Origin: Tardiphaga sp.
GTDB lineage: Bacteria; Pseudomonadota; Alphaproteobacteria; Rhizobiales; Xanthobacteraceae
Assembly: GCF_041424195.1 (NCBI RefSeq)
Contig: NZ_JBGMOE010000190.1
Coordinates: forward strand, 55,574 to 119,573
Direction: 5' to 3'
DNA length: 64,000 nt
Shown here: piece after piece, positions 27,930 through 37,698 of the stretch
How positions within the stretch are numbered: the first letter of the stretch is position 1
How the letters are laid out: every line of letters starts with the position of its first letter
The notes under the pieces: generated by a model
What the model was told of the DNA's origin: nothing
Databases searched by the model: none
The model's input: only the letters and a program-made list of their open reading frames with translations
Translations under genes and position numbers: made by a program

Positions 27930-28927
27930 GCAGCGCTCCCCTTGCGCCTGAGGCGGGAGGTCAGCGACAGCATCGGTTCGATCAGGCCGCGCGGCGCGAA
28001 TACCACGATCAGGATCAGCAACAATCCGACCAGCGTCATCCAGTGGAACGGATTGGCGGCGGCGACGATGTGCTCGAAGATCATGAAGATGATCGTCCCG
28101 GCCAGCGCGCCCCACAGATGCCCGGCGCCACCGAGCACCAGCATCACCAGCACTTCGGCCGAGCGCTCAAAACTGACGCTATCGAGGCCCACTACTCCGG
28201 TGCTGATCGCTGTCAGTGCGCCGCCGACGCCAGCCACGGCGCCAGCCACGCCATACATCAGCACGAGACGCGGATAGATCGAGACGCCAATCATCCTTGC
28301 GCGCAGGTCGTCGTCCTTGATGCCACGGCACATCAGACCGAATGGCGAGCGCACGAAGCGCTGCAGCAGCACGAAGACAATAACCAGCACGCCCAGCGAG
28401 AACAAAAATGCCGTGCGGCTGTACATGTCGAAACTGAAGATGCCGAACACCTTACCCGGTGTGATACCGGACAGGCCGTCGCTGCCCCCGGTCAGCCACG
28501 ACAGCTTGTTGGCAAGCGCGGCCACCAATTGCCCCACGGCAATCGACAGCACCAGTTGCGGCAGCCCGCGAAACCGCGTGATCAGCGCGCCGGAGATCAG
28601 CCCCATGATCGTGCCCGCAAACACGCCGACCGCCAGCAATGCGACAGGATCTGTAATGCCACGCACGCAAGCAATGCCGGCGGCATAGGCGCCCACGCCG
28701 AATTGCGCGGCATGACCGAGGGTGGCGACGCCGCAATAGCCGGTGACCAGATCGAGCGACAGCACCAGGAATGCGATGCCGATCAAGCGCGTCAGGAACG
28801 CCAGATCGTCCGGATACAGAAAATAGCCGATGGCACCGAGCGCGATGATGCTCAGCGCACCTGCCGCTTCCTGGCCAAAGGGAATGTTGCGCTTGTGCGG
28901 AACGTGAGTCACGACGATCTCGCTCAT
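27926..28927 (-). CDS. LIV-type ABC transporter permease (LivM-like)
   Basis: Start MSEIVVTH overlapping the livH stop; LSLDLVTGYCGVATLGHAAQFG, SPFGLMCRGIKDD. Confidence 0.88.
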   Translation of the reverse strand: MSEIVVTHVPHKRNIPFGQEAAGALSIIALGAIGYFLYPDDLAFLTRLIGIAFLVLSLDLVTGYCGVATLGHAAQFGVGAYAAGIACVRGITDPVALLAVGVFAGTIMGLISGALITRFRGLPQLVLSIAVGQLVAALANKLSWLTGGSDGLSGITPGKVFGIFSFDMYSRTAFLFSLGVLVIVFVLLQRFVRSPFGLMCRGIKDDDLRARMIGVSIYPRLVLMYGVAGAVAGVGGALTAISTGVVGLDSVSFERSAEVLVMLVLGGAGHLWGALAGTIIFMIFEHIVAAANPFHWMTLVGLLLILIVVFAPRGLIEPMLSLTSRLRRKGSAA

Positions 28928-29793
28928 GCGTGCGACCTGCCGAACAGGCCATGCGGAAACAGGAACACGATGAAGATCACCGACAGATAGAAGAAGAAGT
29001 CGCCGAACTCCGGCGCAAGATATTTGCCGGTGGTGTCGGCGAGGCCGAGCAGCAGCGACGCCGACAGAGCACCAAGGATCGAGCCTGCACCGCCGACAGA
29101 GACGACGACCAGGAACGTCACCATATAGCGCAGCGCATAGAACGGTTCGATCGGCAGGATCTCCGCGCCGACCACGCCACCGAATGCACCGAGCCCGATC
29201 GCCAGCGCGAAGGTCACCGCGTAGATGATCTCGGTGCGGATGCCCAAGGCGTCCGCCATACCGCTGTGATCGACCGAGGCGCGCAGCTTGATTCCGAACT
29301 CCGTCTTCTCGATCAACAACCACAACGCCAGCGCCGTAATCACGCCGCAGGCGATGACAAAGATGCGATGGGTTGGCAGCATCCGGAAGCCGATATCGAG
29401 CGGGCCACTGAGGGTCTGTGGCAGCGGAATCGATTTCAGCGACGGGCCGAAGATGAAGTTGACGATGCCGATGATGAAAAACGTGATGCCGATGGTCATC
29501 AGCACCTGAATCAGCGGATCGGACTTCCGGTAGATCCGGCGGTACAGCAGAATCTCGAACGGGATCGAAACGATGATGGTGCCGATCACTGCCATCAGGA
29601 TCGCAACGCTGTAATGCACATGCAGGTCGCGGATCGCATAGGAGGCCAGATAACCGCCAATCATGGCGAAAGCGCCATGGGCGAGGTTCACGACGCGCAT
29701 CAGCCCCATCATGATGGACAGGCCGATGGAAATGATGAACAGAACCATCCCATAGGCGACGGCGTCGGTCATGATGCTGAAGATGGTGCGCAT
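28924..29793 (-). CDS. LIV-type ABC transporter permease (LivH-like)
   Basis: Start MRTIFSIM; SIGLSIMMGLMRVVNLAHGAF, TEFGIKLRASV. Confidence 0.9.
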   Translation of the reverse strand: MRTIFSIMTDAVAYGMVLFIISIGLSIMMGLMRVVNLAHGAFAMIGGYLASYAIRDLHVHYSVAILMAVIGTIIVSIPFEILLYRRIYRKSDPLIQVLMTIGITFFIIGIVNFIFGPSLKSIPLPQTLSGPLDIGFRMLPTHRIFVIACGVITALALWLLIEKTEFGIKLRASVDHSGMADALGIRTEIIYAVTFALAIGLGAFGGVVGAEILPIEPFYALRYMVTFLVVVSVGGAGSILGALSASLLLGLADTTGKYLAPEFGDFFFYLSVIFIVFLFPHGLFGRSHA

Positions 29794-29801
29794 GATTGAT
29801 C

Positions 29802-31436
29802 CTATACCGAAGCAGCGACCGAACGCCATTCCGGCGACTGCGGCAAGGCGTCATGGACGACGGCGCCACGCACCATGGTGAGCAGCACCTGCGTCTCTTT
29901 CAGAGGGAGGCGCTCGGCGGCGAAGGGATCGCGATCAAGTGCGATCAGATCGGCCGCCATGCCCGGCATCAGCGTGCCGCGCCAGTTATCCTGCTTCATC
30001 GCGGTGGCGCCACCGACCGTATAGCTGTGAATGGCTTCGCGGACGCTGACGGCTTCACCCTGCCCGATCGGCGCACCGCTGTCCGAGGCGCGGTTCACCG
30101 CGTCGGCGATGCCATCCCACGGAGACCACGACCCGGTCGGCGCATCCGAGCTGGCGATGTAGGCAACACCCGCGTCGATCACGGAGCGGCCGGGATAGCA
30201 ACGGTCGGCGCGCGGACCGAACGCGCCGGCAATCGAGCGCCGCATCCGGGTGAGGAAACTCGGCTGGGTGACGACCAGCGCGCCCAATGCCTTCATCCGT
30301 GCCAGTCCACCGGCAGGTGGCACGAAGTAATGTTCGATGCGATGCCGGGCATCGGCGCGGGGATGCGCCGCCTGCGCCTTCTCATAGGCTTCGATGATGC
30401 AGTCGATGCCGCGATCGCCGGTACAATGAACGGCGACTTGCCAGCCGTCCGCATGGGCCTCGGCGATCACGCGCTGCAGCTCGGTTTCATCGCGCATGAA
30501 CATGCCGCGGGATGGCGTATCGAAGAAATCCTCGCTCACGGCCGACGTTCGCGCGCCGACGATGCCATCGGCGAAATATTTCAGCGTCATGGACTGCCAG
30601 TCGGCATCTGGCGTCGGCGCCAACCCACGCGCCTCCGCTTCAGCCGGGTCGAGCTGGTTCATGAAGCCGAGCCGCATTGGCAGCACATCGCCATTCGCGC
30701 GGATCTCGTTCCAGATGGCGAACTCATCATCGAAACCGACGGTGAATCCAACCGCGGCTTCCACGGCAGCAACAAGACCGAGCCTGGCGCTGTCGGCAAT
30801 TGTCGCGCGCAGAGCCGCGGCGAGCTCGTTGCGGTCCATCGGCGGCGCGGCACGGAAAATCAGTTCGGCCGCGCTTTCTTTGGCGCTGCCGTCCAGTCGA
30901 CCGTCCTCGGAGCGCCCGAACGTGCCGCCTTCCGGATCGGCGATAGCATCGTCGATGCCCAGCAGTCGCAGCGCGGCACTGTTGACGACGGCGACATGAC
31001 CGCAGAACCTGCGGATCAGCACCGGATGATCGGGAATGACGGCATCGATCTCGGCACGTGCCAGCAGCCGGTGTTCGGTCAGACCGTTCTCATCGAGGCC
31101 AGCACCGTAAACCCATCTGTCTGACGGAATGGCGCCTGCGCGTGCAACCAGCAGATCTAGCACGGCAGATATCGTTGGTGCATCGCGGGGCGTCACCGGC
31201 ACCTGCAGTCGCGCATGAGCGATGGCGAACAGATGAATATGCGCGTCGGTCAGGCCGGGAATGACGGTGGCACCCGCGAGATCGATCGTCTCGTCGGCGG
31301 ATGGCGCAACATCCGCTGCGCCGATCCAGACCACCTTGCCATCGCGGACGACGATGCTCTCCGCGGGAGCTTTATCCCAGGCAGAACGATAGATGCGGGC
31401 ATTGATCAGTCGAACGGTGTGCGCGGACCTGGTCAT
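29802..31436 (-). CDS. Amidohydrolase_3 (YtcJ/NfdA-like) metal-dependent hydrolase, cytoplasmic
   Basis: PGLTDAHIH, KYFADG, VHCTGD, RHRIEH, SSDAP; no signal peptide. Confidence 0.85.
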   Translation of the reverse strand: MTRSAHTVRLINARIYRSAWDKAPAESIVVRDGKVVWIGAADVAPSADETIDLAGATVIPGLTDAHIHLFAIAHARLQVPVTPRDAPTISAVLDLLVARAGAIPSDRWVYGAGLDENGLTEHRLLARAEIDAVIPDHPVLIRRFCGHVAVVNSAALRLLGIDDAIADPEGGTFGRSEDGRLDGSAKESAAELIFRAAPPMDRNELAAALRATIADSARLGLVAAVEAAVGFTVGFDDEFAIWNEIRANGDVLPMRLGFMNQLDPAEAEARGLAPTPDADWQSMTLKYFADGIVGARTSAVSEDFFDTPSRGMFMRDETELQRVIAEAHADGWQVAVHCTGDRGIDCIIEAYEKAQAAHPRADARHRIEHYFVPPAGGLARMKALGALVVTQPSFLTRMRRSIAGAFGPRADRCYPGRSVIDAGVAYIASSDAPTGSWSPWDGIADAVNRASDSGAPIGQGEAVSVREAIHSYTVGGATAMKQDNWRGTLMPGMAADLIALDRDPFAAERLPLKETQVLLTMVRGAVVHDALPQSPEWRSVAASV

Positions 31437-31471
31437 CAGAAAGAAAATCTCATATCGCGCATCCCGTCGAT

Positions 31472-31596
31472 GTCATTCCGGGACGTCCTGAAGTCGGCGA
31501 AGCCGACGATAGGGCAGCCCGGAATCTCGACGTGTTCATCTCATCTCGGGATTCCGGGGTCGCGCGCAGCTTGCGCTGCGCACGCCCCGGAATGAC
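31472..31596. repeat. RIME/REP-like palindromic intergenic element (GTCATTCCGGG family)
   Basis: Terminal inverted repeats GTCATTCCGGG (31472-31482) / CCCGGAATGAC (31586-31596); internal CCCGGAATC (31518-31526) / GATTCCGGG (31550-31558). Confidence 0.8.
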
Positions 31597-31603
31597 AATA
31601 GTA

Positions 31604-32779
31604 TTACTTCGTGCTCAGCGCCCAGTCCGGCTGATCGGCGAAGGTCTGGCTTTCCTTGTTGATCAGCTTGCCGTCCACCTTCTCCACACTGCGCAGATAG
31701 ACGTTCTGGCGAATGTGACGCGTCGTCGGATCGATCGACACCGGACCGCGCGGCGAGACCCACTTCATGTCCTTGACGGCATCAACTGCCTTGGCGGGAT
31801 CGCGCTTGCCGTCGGTGGCCTCGATCATCTTGTAGATCAGGCGCGCGCCGTCATAGGCAGCGACCGATGTCATGGTGACTTCGTCGAGGTTGCCGCCGCC
31901 CTTCTTGATGGTGGCAAGGAAGGCCGCGTTCTCCTTGGAGTCGTGCGACACCGAATAGTGATAGGTCGAGAGGATACCGATGCCGGCATCGCCGATATTC
32001 GGCAGATCGGGTTCGGTGACGACGTCACCGGTCGACATCAGCTTGACACCGCCGGCCTTCAATCCGTTGTCGATATAGGCCTTGACGAAGCCCAGCGTCG
32101 GCGGCCCCGATGGCAGGAAGGTGAAGATGGTGTCAGCGCCGGAATCCTTGATGCGCTGCATGATCGGGCTGAAGTCGGTGGTGGCGAGCGGAATGCGGAT
32201 CGCTTCGACCACCGCGCCGCCCTCGCCTTCGAACGTCTTCTTGAATGCCGCTTCGGCATCGACACCCGGACCGTAATCGCTGACTGCGATGGCCACCTTC
32301 TTGGCACCGTTCTTGAACGCAATTTTCGCGGCAGGCACCGTGTTCTGCCACATCGTGAACGAGGTACGGACGATATAGGGGCTCTTCTCGACAATCGACG
32401 AGGTCGCCGCATTCATCACGATCAGCGGCGTCTTGGATTCTTCCAGCAACGGCGCGATGGCCATCGCGTTCGGCGTGAAATAGACGCCAGCGAGATATTG
32501 CACCTTGTCCTTGACCAGCAGCTCCTGCGCCAGCGCCTTTGACTTGGCGGGATTCGGGCTTTCTTCATCGCGATAGATGAATTCGACGTCATGCTTGCCT
32601 GCTTTGGTGCCATGCTCGGCGACCCAGGCGTCGATGCCCATCTTGAAGTTCTTGCCAAACAGCGCGTAAGGGCCCGACATGGTGCCGATCACGCCGACCT
32701 TGATGGTGTCGGCAGAGGCCGTGCCGGTCATCAGGCCGAGAATGGCCAGTGCAAGAATGGAGTGGCTGCGTCTGTTCAT
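31604..32779 (-). CDS. LIV-type ABC substrate-binding protein (likely aromatic acid ligand)
   Basis: Signal peptide; IKVGVIGTMSGP, YRDEES, VRTSFT patterns of the PBP1 family. Confidence 0.88.
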   Translation of the reverse strand: MNRRSHSILALAILGLMTGTASADTIKVGVIGTMSGPYALFGKNFKMGIDAWVAEHGTKAGKHDVEFIYRDEESPNPAKSKALAQELLVKDKVQYLAGVYFTPNAMAIAPLLEESKTPLIVMNAATSSIVEKSPYIVRTSFTMWQNTVPAAKIAFKNGAKKVAIAVSDYGPGVDAEAAFKKTFEGEGGAVVEAIRIPLATTDFSPIMQRIKDSGADTIFTFLPSGPPTLGFVKAYIDNGLKAGGVKLMSTGDVVTEPDLPNIGDAGIGILSTYHYSVSHDSKENAAFLATIKKGGGNLDEVTMTSVAAYDGARLIYKMIEATDGKRDPAKAVDAVKDMKWVSPRGPVSIDPTTRHIRQNVYLRSVEKVDGKLINKESQTFADQPDWALSTK

Positions 32780-32826
32780 TGCGGTTGTCCCCGTTGGAAA
32801 GTTAAGAAAACTATTGGCAAACCTGT

Positions 32827-32841
32827 ATTCAATAAACGTGC
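32827..32841. promoter_or_regulatory. Weak copy of the PcaR-type operator motif upstream of the SBP gene
   Basis: ATTCA-ATAAA-CGTGC shares the TTCAATA-N-ACG core with sites at 37476 and 37616. Confidence 0.3.
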
Positions 32842-32881
32842 CGAGATGGCACGCTTGAACCGGCGTCAGCGCGCCGACGCC

Positions 32882-34318
32882 TCAGAACATCTCAAAATAT
32901 TCGCGCTGCTCCCAGTCGGAGACTTCCGCCTGGAAGCGATCGATCTCGGCATTCTTGATGTGGGTGTAATAGTCGACCATCGTCGCGCCCATCTTCTCGC
33001 GGAAGAACGGATCCTCCTTGAGCGCAAAGGTCGCCTCGCGCAGCGACTTCGGCAACAGATCTGCGTTGGTCTCGTAGGGCGTGTCGGCTGACGGGCCTGG
33101 ATCGAGCTTGCGATCGACGCCGTCGAGACCCGAGAGAATCTGCGATGACATGTAGAGGTAGGGATTGGCCGCAGGCTCGCCGACGCGGTTTTCGATGCGT
33201 GTCGCGGAATCATTCAAGCCGCCGAGCACACGCAGCATCGCGCCGCGATTGTCGCGACCCCAGATTGCACGATCCGGCGCCAGCGAATAGGAGCGATAGC
33301 GCTTGTATCCGTTGATCGTCGGCGTCGTGAAGACCGTAGCGGCGCGCGCATGCGCAAGAAGCCCCGCGAGATAGCCTTGCCCGAACGATGACAGCGGCTG
33401 CGTGCCCTCGGTCGGCATGAACGCATTTGCGCCCGTGTCCCGCGATACGATCGACTGATGCAGATGCCAGCCCGATGACACGACATTCGGGATCTTCGGC
33501 CGGCACATGAACGTCGCGTGATAGCCGTGGCGATGGGCGATCTGCTTCACGGCGCTGCGGAACAGCACCATGCTGTCGGCTGGCGTCAGCCCCACCGTCG
33601 GCGCAAAAGTGAATTCGCACTGGCTCGGGCCGTATTCGACTTCCACCGAACGCAATGGAAGACCAAGCGCAATCACATCACGCCGGATGATTTCGAGCAC
33701 CGGCTCCATCTGATCGTAGCGCTGCTCGGTGAGGTAGTTGTAGCCGTGCGAGAGCAGACTGACCTCCGGCGGATTGCCGGGCTGGCCGGCATCTTCCGGC
33801 TTCATCCGGTTGTTCTCGACATTGAAGATATGAAACTCGACTTCGAGCCCGGCGACGAAATCGTAGCCGCGATTACCGAGATCGCCGAGCACCTTCTTGT
33901 AGAGGTTACGCGTCACGAACGGCACGGGACGGCCGTCGGAAAAATGCACGTCGCACAACACCCAGCCGGTCTCAGGCGCCCAGGGCAGAATCCGAAACGT
34001 GCTGGGATCGGGGATCATCAAGACGTCGGCCGCGCCCTGCATTTCGGGAATGCCGAAGCCGCCCCCGGCGGTGAACACCGGAAACACCGTCTTGTGCGAG
34101 GTGTCCTTGGCGAACATCGTCGTGGTGATGGAGCAACCGCTTTCGAGACAACGCAACGCCTCGCTGGCGATCAGCGTCTTGCCGCGCAGGATGCCGTGCT
34201 GATCCGGAAACGACAGCCGGATCACTTCGAGCTTATGCTCTTCGACCATGCTGCGCAGCCGGACGGCTGCTTCCTTCTGCTCCGCGGACCACAAACCGTG
34301 ACGTTCAACGAAACTCAA
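32882..34318 (-). CDS. Glutamine synthetase-like gamma-glutamyl-amine ligase (AtdA1/TdnQ/SadB-like)
   Basis: TTG start 34318 after GGGAGAG; GLEVEF, EVEYGPSQCEF, SGWHLHQS, YSLAPDR, ENRVGEPAANPYLY, WEQREYFEMF. Confidence 0.85.
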   Translation of the reverse strand: MSFVERHGLWSAEQKEAAVRLRSMVEEHKLEVIRLSFPDQHGILRGKTLIASEALRCLESGCSITTTMFAKDTSHKTVFPVFTAGGGFGIPEMQGAADVLMIPDPSTFRILPWAPETGWVLCDVHFSDGRPVPFVTRNLYKKVLGDLGNRGYDFVAGLEVEFHIFNVENNRMKPEDAGQPGNPPEVSLLSHGYNYLTEQRYDQMEPVLEIIRRDVIALGLPLRSVEVEYGPSQCEFTFAPTVGLTPADSMVLFRSAVKQIAHRHGYHATFMCRPKIPNVVSSGWHLHQSIVSRDTGANAFMPTEGTQPLSSFGQGYLAGLLAHARAATVFTTPTINGYKRYRSYSLAPDRAIWGRDNRGAMLRVLGGLNDSATRIENRVGEPAANPYLYMSSQILSGLDGVDRKLDPGPSADTPYETNADLLPKSLREATFALKEDPFFREKMGATMVDYYTHIKNAEIDRFQAEVSDWEQREYFEMF

Positions 34319-34349
34319 CGCACTCTCCCGCGGCTGTTCTGATCGATTT

Positions 34350-35717
34350 TCACTCTGCCGCCGGCAGGTGGATGACATTGGATCCCGGCTCGGTCTGATC
34401 GGCCGGAGCGGCTGCCATCCATGGCGCACCGCGGCGACGGGCGACGTCGACTTCCATCCAGTAGGTTTCCCAGCCCTTGGTCGGTCCGATGCCGTCCATG
34501 GTGCCCGGACCCTGGATGCTGCGCGCGGTGTCCGCATCGAGGGACATCATCGGCTTTTGACCACCGGCGACCTTCTCGATCTCCGCACGCAACAGCTTGC
34601 GATAGGCGATGATCGCCTTGTCGCTGGAGCCGAGATGCTCGCGGGTGCGATCCTGGATCTTGCCCATCGACTCCACCGCCCACTGGTCGTGGACGTTGAT
34701 GTCGGCGCCCATGCCCGTATAGGTCTCGTGCTTCTGCTCGTGCGGATTGAAACCGTAATCGTTGGTCTTGTTCTTGCGCGACGTATAGTTCGGCAGCTCG
34801 TAAAGTTCGAGCCGCTGGTCGGTCATCTTCTTCTTGTCGACCGGCTGGGTGTAGCTGGTGAAGATCGCGTACCAGTAGCAGTTCTCGTCATCGACCGGCA
34901 CATGCCACTGGGTGATGGTCATTTCCGTGCTCATGGGAATGACGAAGCCATGCGGGAAGAGCTGGTTGGTAACGCGCACATGGGTGCGTTCGTCGTCGAG
35001 CTCGCGTAGCGCGATCAAACGAAGACCGTATTCGGTCGACTCCACATTGATGATCGGGCGATCATATTCGCGCAGGATCTTGGTCATCGGCAGCTCAGTG
35101 CCAGCGGACGCACCGCGGAACTGCTTGCCGTAGGAGGCCTTGACGTCCTCGTCCTCGAAGAAGCGATGCAGGAACGAGGCATGGGCAGGATCGATACCGA
35201 CTTCCAGCGCCTGCAGCCAGTTGCATTCGAACAGGCCCTTGAAGGCGAAGGTGTACTGGCCGGGTGCGGCGAAACAGTCGAGCTCCGGAAATGCCGGCGG
35301 CTCGCCTTCGCCCAGATAAGCCCAGAGGATGCCGCCCTTCTCGACCACCGGATAGGCGCGCTGCTTGATGCCGGCGCAGAGTTTCGAGGTCTTCGGCTCG
35401 GCCGGGGTCTCCAGGCACTTGCCCTCGACGTCGAACAGCCAGCCATGAAATGCGCAACGCACGCCGCCGCCTTCGAGACGGCCGAAAGCGAGGTCAGCAC
35501 CGCGATGCGGACAGTCGCGATCGAGCAGGCCGTAGCGGCCCTGCTCGTCACGGAACAGCACGAAGTTCTCGCCCAGCAATTTGACCGGACGGATCGGACG
35601 ATCCCCTTCGAGCTCATCGACCAGTGCCGCTGGCTGCCAGTATTGGCGCATCAGCTTGCCCGCGGGCGCCTTGGGGCCGATGCGGGTGATCAGATCGTTC
35701 TGCTCTTGGCTCATCAT
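34350..35717 (-). CDS. Rieske aromatic ring-hydroxylating oxygenase, alpha-only (phthalate dioxygenase/LigXa/SadA-like)
   Basis: Rieske motif CPHRG...CAFHGW; mononuclear Fe motif EVGIDPAHASFLH; NVHDQWAVES; start MMSQEQND. Confidence 0.9.
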   Translation of the reverse strand: MMSQEQNDLITRIGPKAPAGKLMRQYWQPAALVDELEGDRPIRPVKLLGENFVLFRDEQGRYGLLDRDCPHRGADLAFGRLEGGGVRCAFHGWLFDVEGKCLETPAEPKTSKLCAGIKQRAYPVVEKGGILWAYLGEGEPPAFPELDCFAAPGQYTFAFKGLFECNWLQALEVGIDPAHASFLHRFFEDEDVKASYGKQFRGASAGTELPMTKILREYDRPIINVESTEYGLRLIALRELDDERTHVRVTNQLFPHGFVIPMSTEMTITQWHVPVDDENCYWYAIFTSYTQPVDKKKMTDQRLELYELPNYTSRKNKTNDYGFNPHEQKHETYTGMGADINVHDQWAVESMGKIQDRTREHLGSSDKAIIAYRKLLRAEIEKVAGGQKPMMSLDADTARSIQGPGTMDGIGPTKGWETYWMEVDVARRRGAPWMAAAPADQTEPGSNVIHLPAAE

Positions 35718-35754
35718 GGCAAAATGTCCTTCTATAACTCCGGCGATGCGCCGC

Positions 35755-37455
35755 TTAACGCTGAAATACAATCTTGCCGCCGACCATCGTCATATCGGCG
35801 GTGATGTCCTTGATCTGGCCGTCCGGCACCGTCATGAAGTCGGCGGAGAGAACCACGAGATCGGCCAGCTTGCCGGCCTCCAGCGTCCCCTTCCGCGCCT
35901 CCTCAAACATGTAGCGCGATGCCGCACTGGTATAGAGGCGAAGCGCCTGTTCACGCCCGATCGCTTCGGACGCGCCATAGACCTGGCCGGCCGGGTCCTT
36001 GCGCGTCACCATAATATACATCGTGAGGAACGGGTTTAACGGGTTGACCGGGAAATCGGTGCCGGCGCCGAGATTCTCCAGTCCCATTTTCTCGATCAGG
36101 GTGCGCGTCGGCACCGCACGATCCGCTGTCGGCCTGCCAAGGAAACGCGCGACCGTCGCCGCCTTGTCCCACATGAAGGCGTTCTGGAAATCGATCCGCG
36201 CCCCGACGCGGCGCGCCCGCTCCATCTGTTCGGGGCGGATCAGGCTGGCATGGATCAAAACGAAGCGGCGATCCTTGATCGACTTTTCCTTGTCGGTGGC
36301 TTCGAACGCATCCAGCACGTGATCGACGCCGAGGTCGCCAACGACATGTACGCCGACCCGCCAGCCGCGAAGGTTGGCGATCGACACCAGCTGCTTCAGC
36401 CGCTCGGGCGTGACCTGCGCGACCCCATGATAATCGTCATGCGAGTCCGGATAGGCGTCGCGCATCATGGCCGTCTTCAGGGTCATGCCGCCGTCGTAGA
36501 AGATCTTGATGCCGCCGAGCTTCAACCAATCGTCGCCGAAACCCGAGGTGGCACCGTTGCCGCTCATGATGGCGTCCCACCCGGCCGAGTCCGCGGGCGG
36601 CTCCGGTCGAAACATGGTTCCGACCCGCACCGTCGCATCGCCTGCCAAAGCGAGCTTCTGCAGGATCTGCGTGTCGCGCGCGCTCGTCGCGCCCTCGACG
36701 ACGCTGGTGATACCGAGGCGGTTGAGCGCGGCCTCGGCGAGACGATATTGCCGCAACTCCTCGTCTTCGGTGAAGGGCGGCACGATGTTCTCGACCAGCG
36801 GGATCGCCGTCTCGACGAGCACGCCATTGATGTCGCCGCTTGCGTCCCGCTCGAACGCGCCGCCGGCCGGATCCGGTGTATTCTTGCTGATGCCCGCCTT
36901 CTGCAAGGCCAGCGAATTGGCCATCGCAAAGTGACCGACGGTCCGCAGATAGACCGGATTGTTGGGGGACACGCTGTCGAGCTCCTGGCGGGTCAGGTAG
37001 CGCTTTTCCGCCAGTTGCGACGGCGGATGCCAGCCGCCGGTCGTGATCCACGCGCCGGGCTGCTTCTTCGCAACGAACGCCCGAATGAGATCGAGCGCGC
37101 CGGCCACGTCCCTGGCGCCGCCGAGATTGACCACATAGTCGCCGAGCCCCGCCGCTCTGAAATGCGCGTGGGTGTCGATCAGGCCGGGGACGACTGACTT
37201 GCCGGCGAGGTCGATGACCCTGGTCTGCGGACCCGCCAGCGGCTTGATCGCAGCGTCGCTGCCGACCGCGAGGATCTTGCCGTCGCGGATGGCCAGCGCT
37301 TGCACGATCGTCGACTGGTCGTCGAGGGTGAGGATCTTGCCGCCCGTCAGGACCACCTGGGGCGCGTTCGGGTCTGATTGCTGCGCCACAGCCGGCAGGA
37401 CGGCGGCAGCAATCGCAATTGCTCCCACAATCAGGAATTTCCCACCCAGATGCAT
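35755..37455 (-). CDS. Amidohydrolase_3 (YtcJ/NfdA-like) hydrolase with N-terminal signal peptide
   Basis: MHLGGKFLIVGAIAIAAAVLPAVA-QQ signal; PGLIDTHAH, KIFYDG, VHVVGD, LIHAS, GTDFP. Confidence 0.85.
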   Translation of the reverse strand: MHLGGKFLIVGAIAIAAAVLPAVAQQSDPNAPQVVLTGGKILTLDDQSTIVQALAIRDGKILAVGSDAAIKPLAGPQTRVIDLAGKSVVPGLIDTHAHFRAAGLGDYVVNLGGARDVAGALDLIRAFVAKKQPGAWITTGGWHPPSQLAEKRYLTRQELDSVSPNNPVYLRTVGHFAMANSLALQKAGISKNTPDPAGGAFERDASGDINGVLVETAIPLVENIVPPFTEDEELRQYRLAEAALNRLGITSVVEGATSARDTQILQKLALAGDATVRVGTMFRPEPPADSAGWDAIMSGNGATSGFGDDWLKLGGIKIFYDGGMTLKTAMMRDAYPDSHDDYHGVAQVTPERLKQLVSIANLRGWRVGVHVVGDLGVDHVLDAFEATDKEKSIKDRRFVLIHASLIRPEQMERARRVGARIDFQNAFMWDKAATVARFLGRPTADRAVPTRTLIEKMGLENLGAGTDFPVNPLNPFLTMYIMVTRKDPAGQVYGASEAIGREQALRLYTSAASRYMFEEARKGTLEAGKLADLVVLSADFMTVPDGQIKDITADMTMVGGKIVFQR

Positions 37456-37475
37456 CTCGCCGCCCCATCAAAGAT

Positions 37476-37490
37476 GTTCAATAGACGAAC
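37476..37490. promoter_or_regulatory. PcaR/PobR-type IclR operator 1
   Basis: GTTCA-ATAGA-CGAAC, 1 mismatch to GTNCG-N5-CGNAC, 21 bp upstream of the amidohydrolase start. Confidence 0.6.
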
Positions 37491-37615
37491 TAATGTGCGA
37501 ATATTATCGTTAGAAGAATTCCAGGCAAGCAGAATTTTACAGCATGAACTGATGGGTTATTGAGCAAGTGCAGCAATTCACGCCCAAAGCATCGCCTTGC
37601 GCAGAACGAACACTT

Positions 37616-37630
37616 GTTCAATATACGGAC
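37616..37630. promoter_or_regulatory. PcaR/PobR-type IclR operator 2
   Basis: GTTCA-ATATA-CGGAC, near-duplicate of site 1, upstream of the reductase-iclR operon. Confidence 0.6.
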
Positions 37631-37698
37631 GCAATTCAGGAGCTGATGATGTCGAACACTTTGAATTCGTGTGCGGATCGAACCCAGGGAGCGCGCTC

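Noticed and set aside
27926-29869. Apparent 647-aa permease fusion in the ORF track
   Set aside because: The upstream part is an alternative frame over livH; the real livM begins at ATG 28927.
32843-32862. Sigma-54 promoter (TGGCAC) upstream of the SBP gene
   Set aside because: No TTGC -12 element at the required spacing and it points away from the gene.
32882-34318. Housekeeping glutamine synthetase glnA/glnII
   Set aside because: Motifs and context match gamma-glutamyl-amine ligases; the GSI adenylylation motif and glnB linkage are absent.
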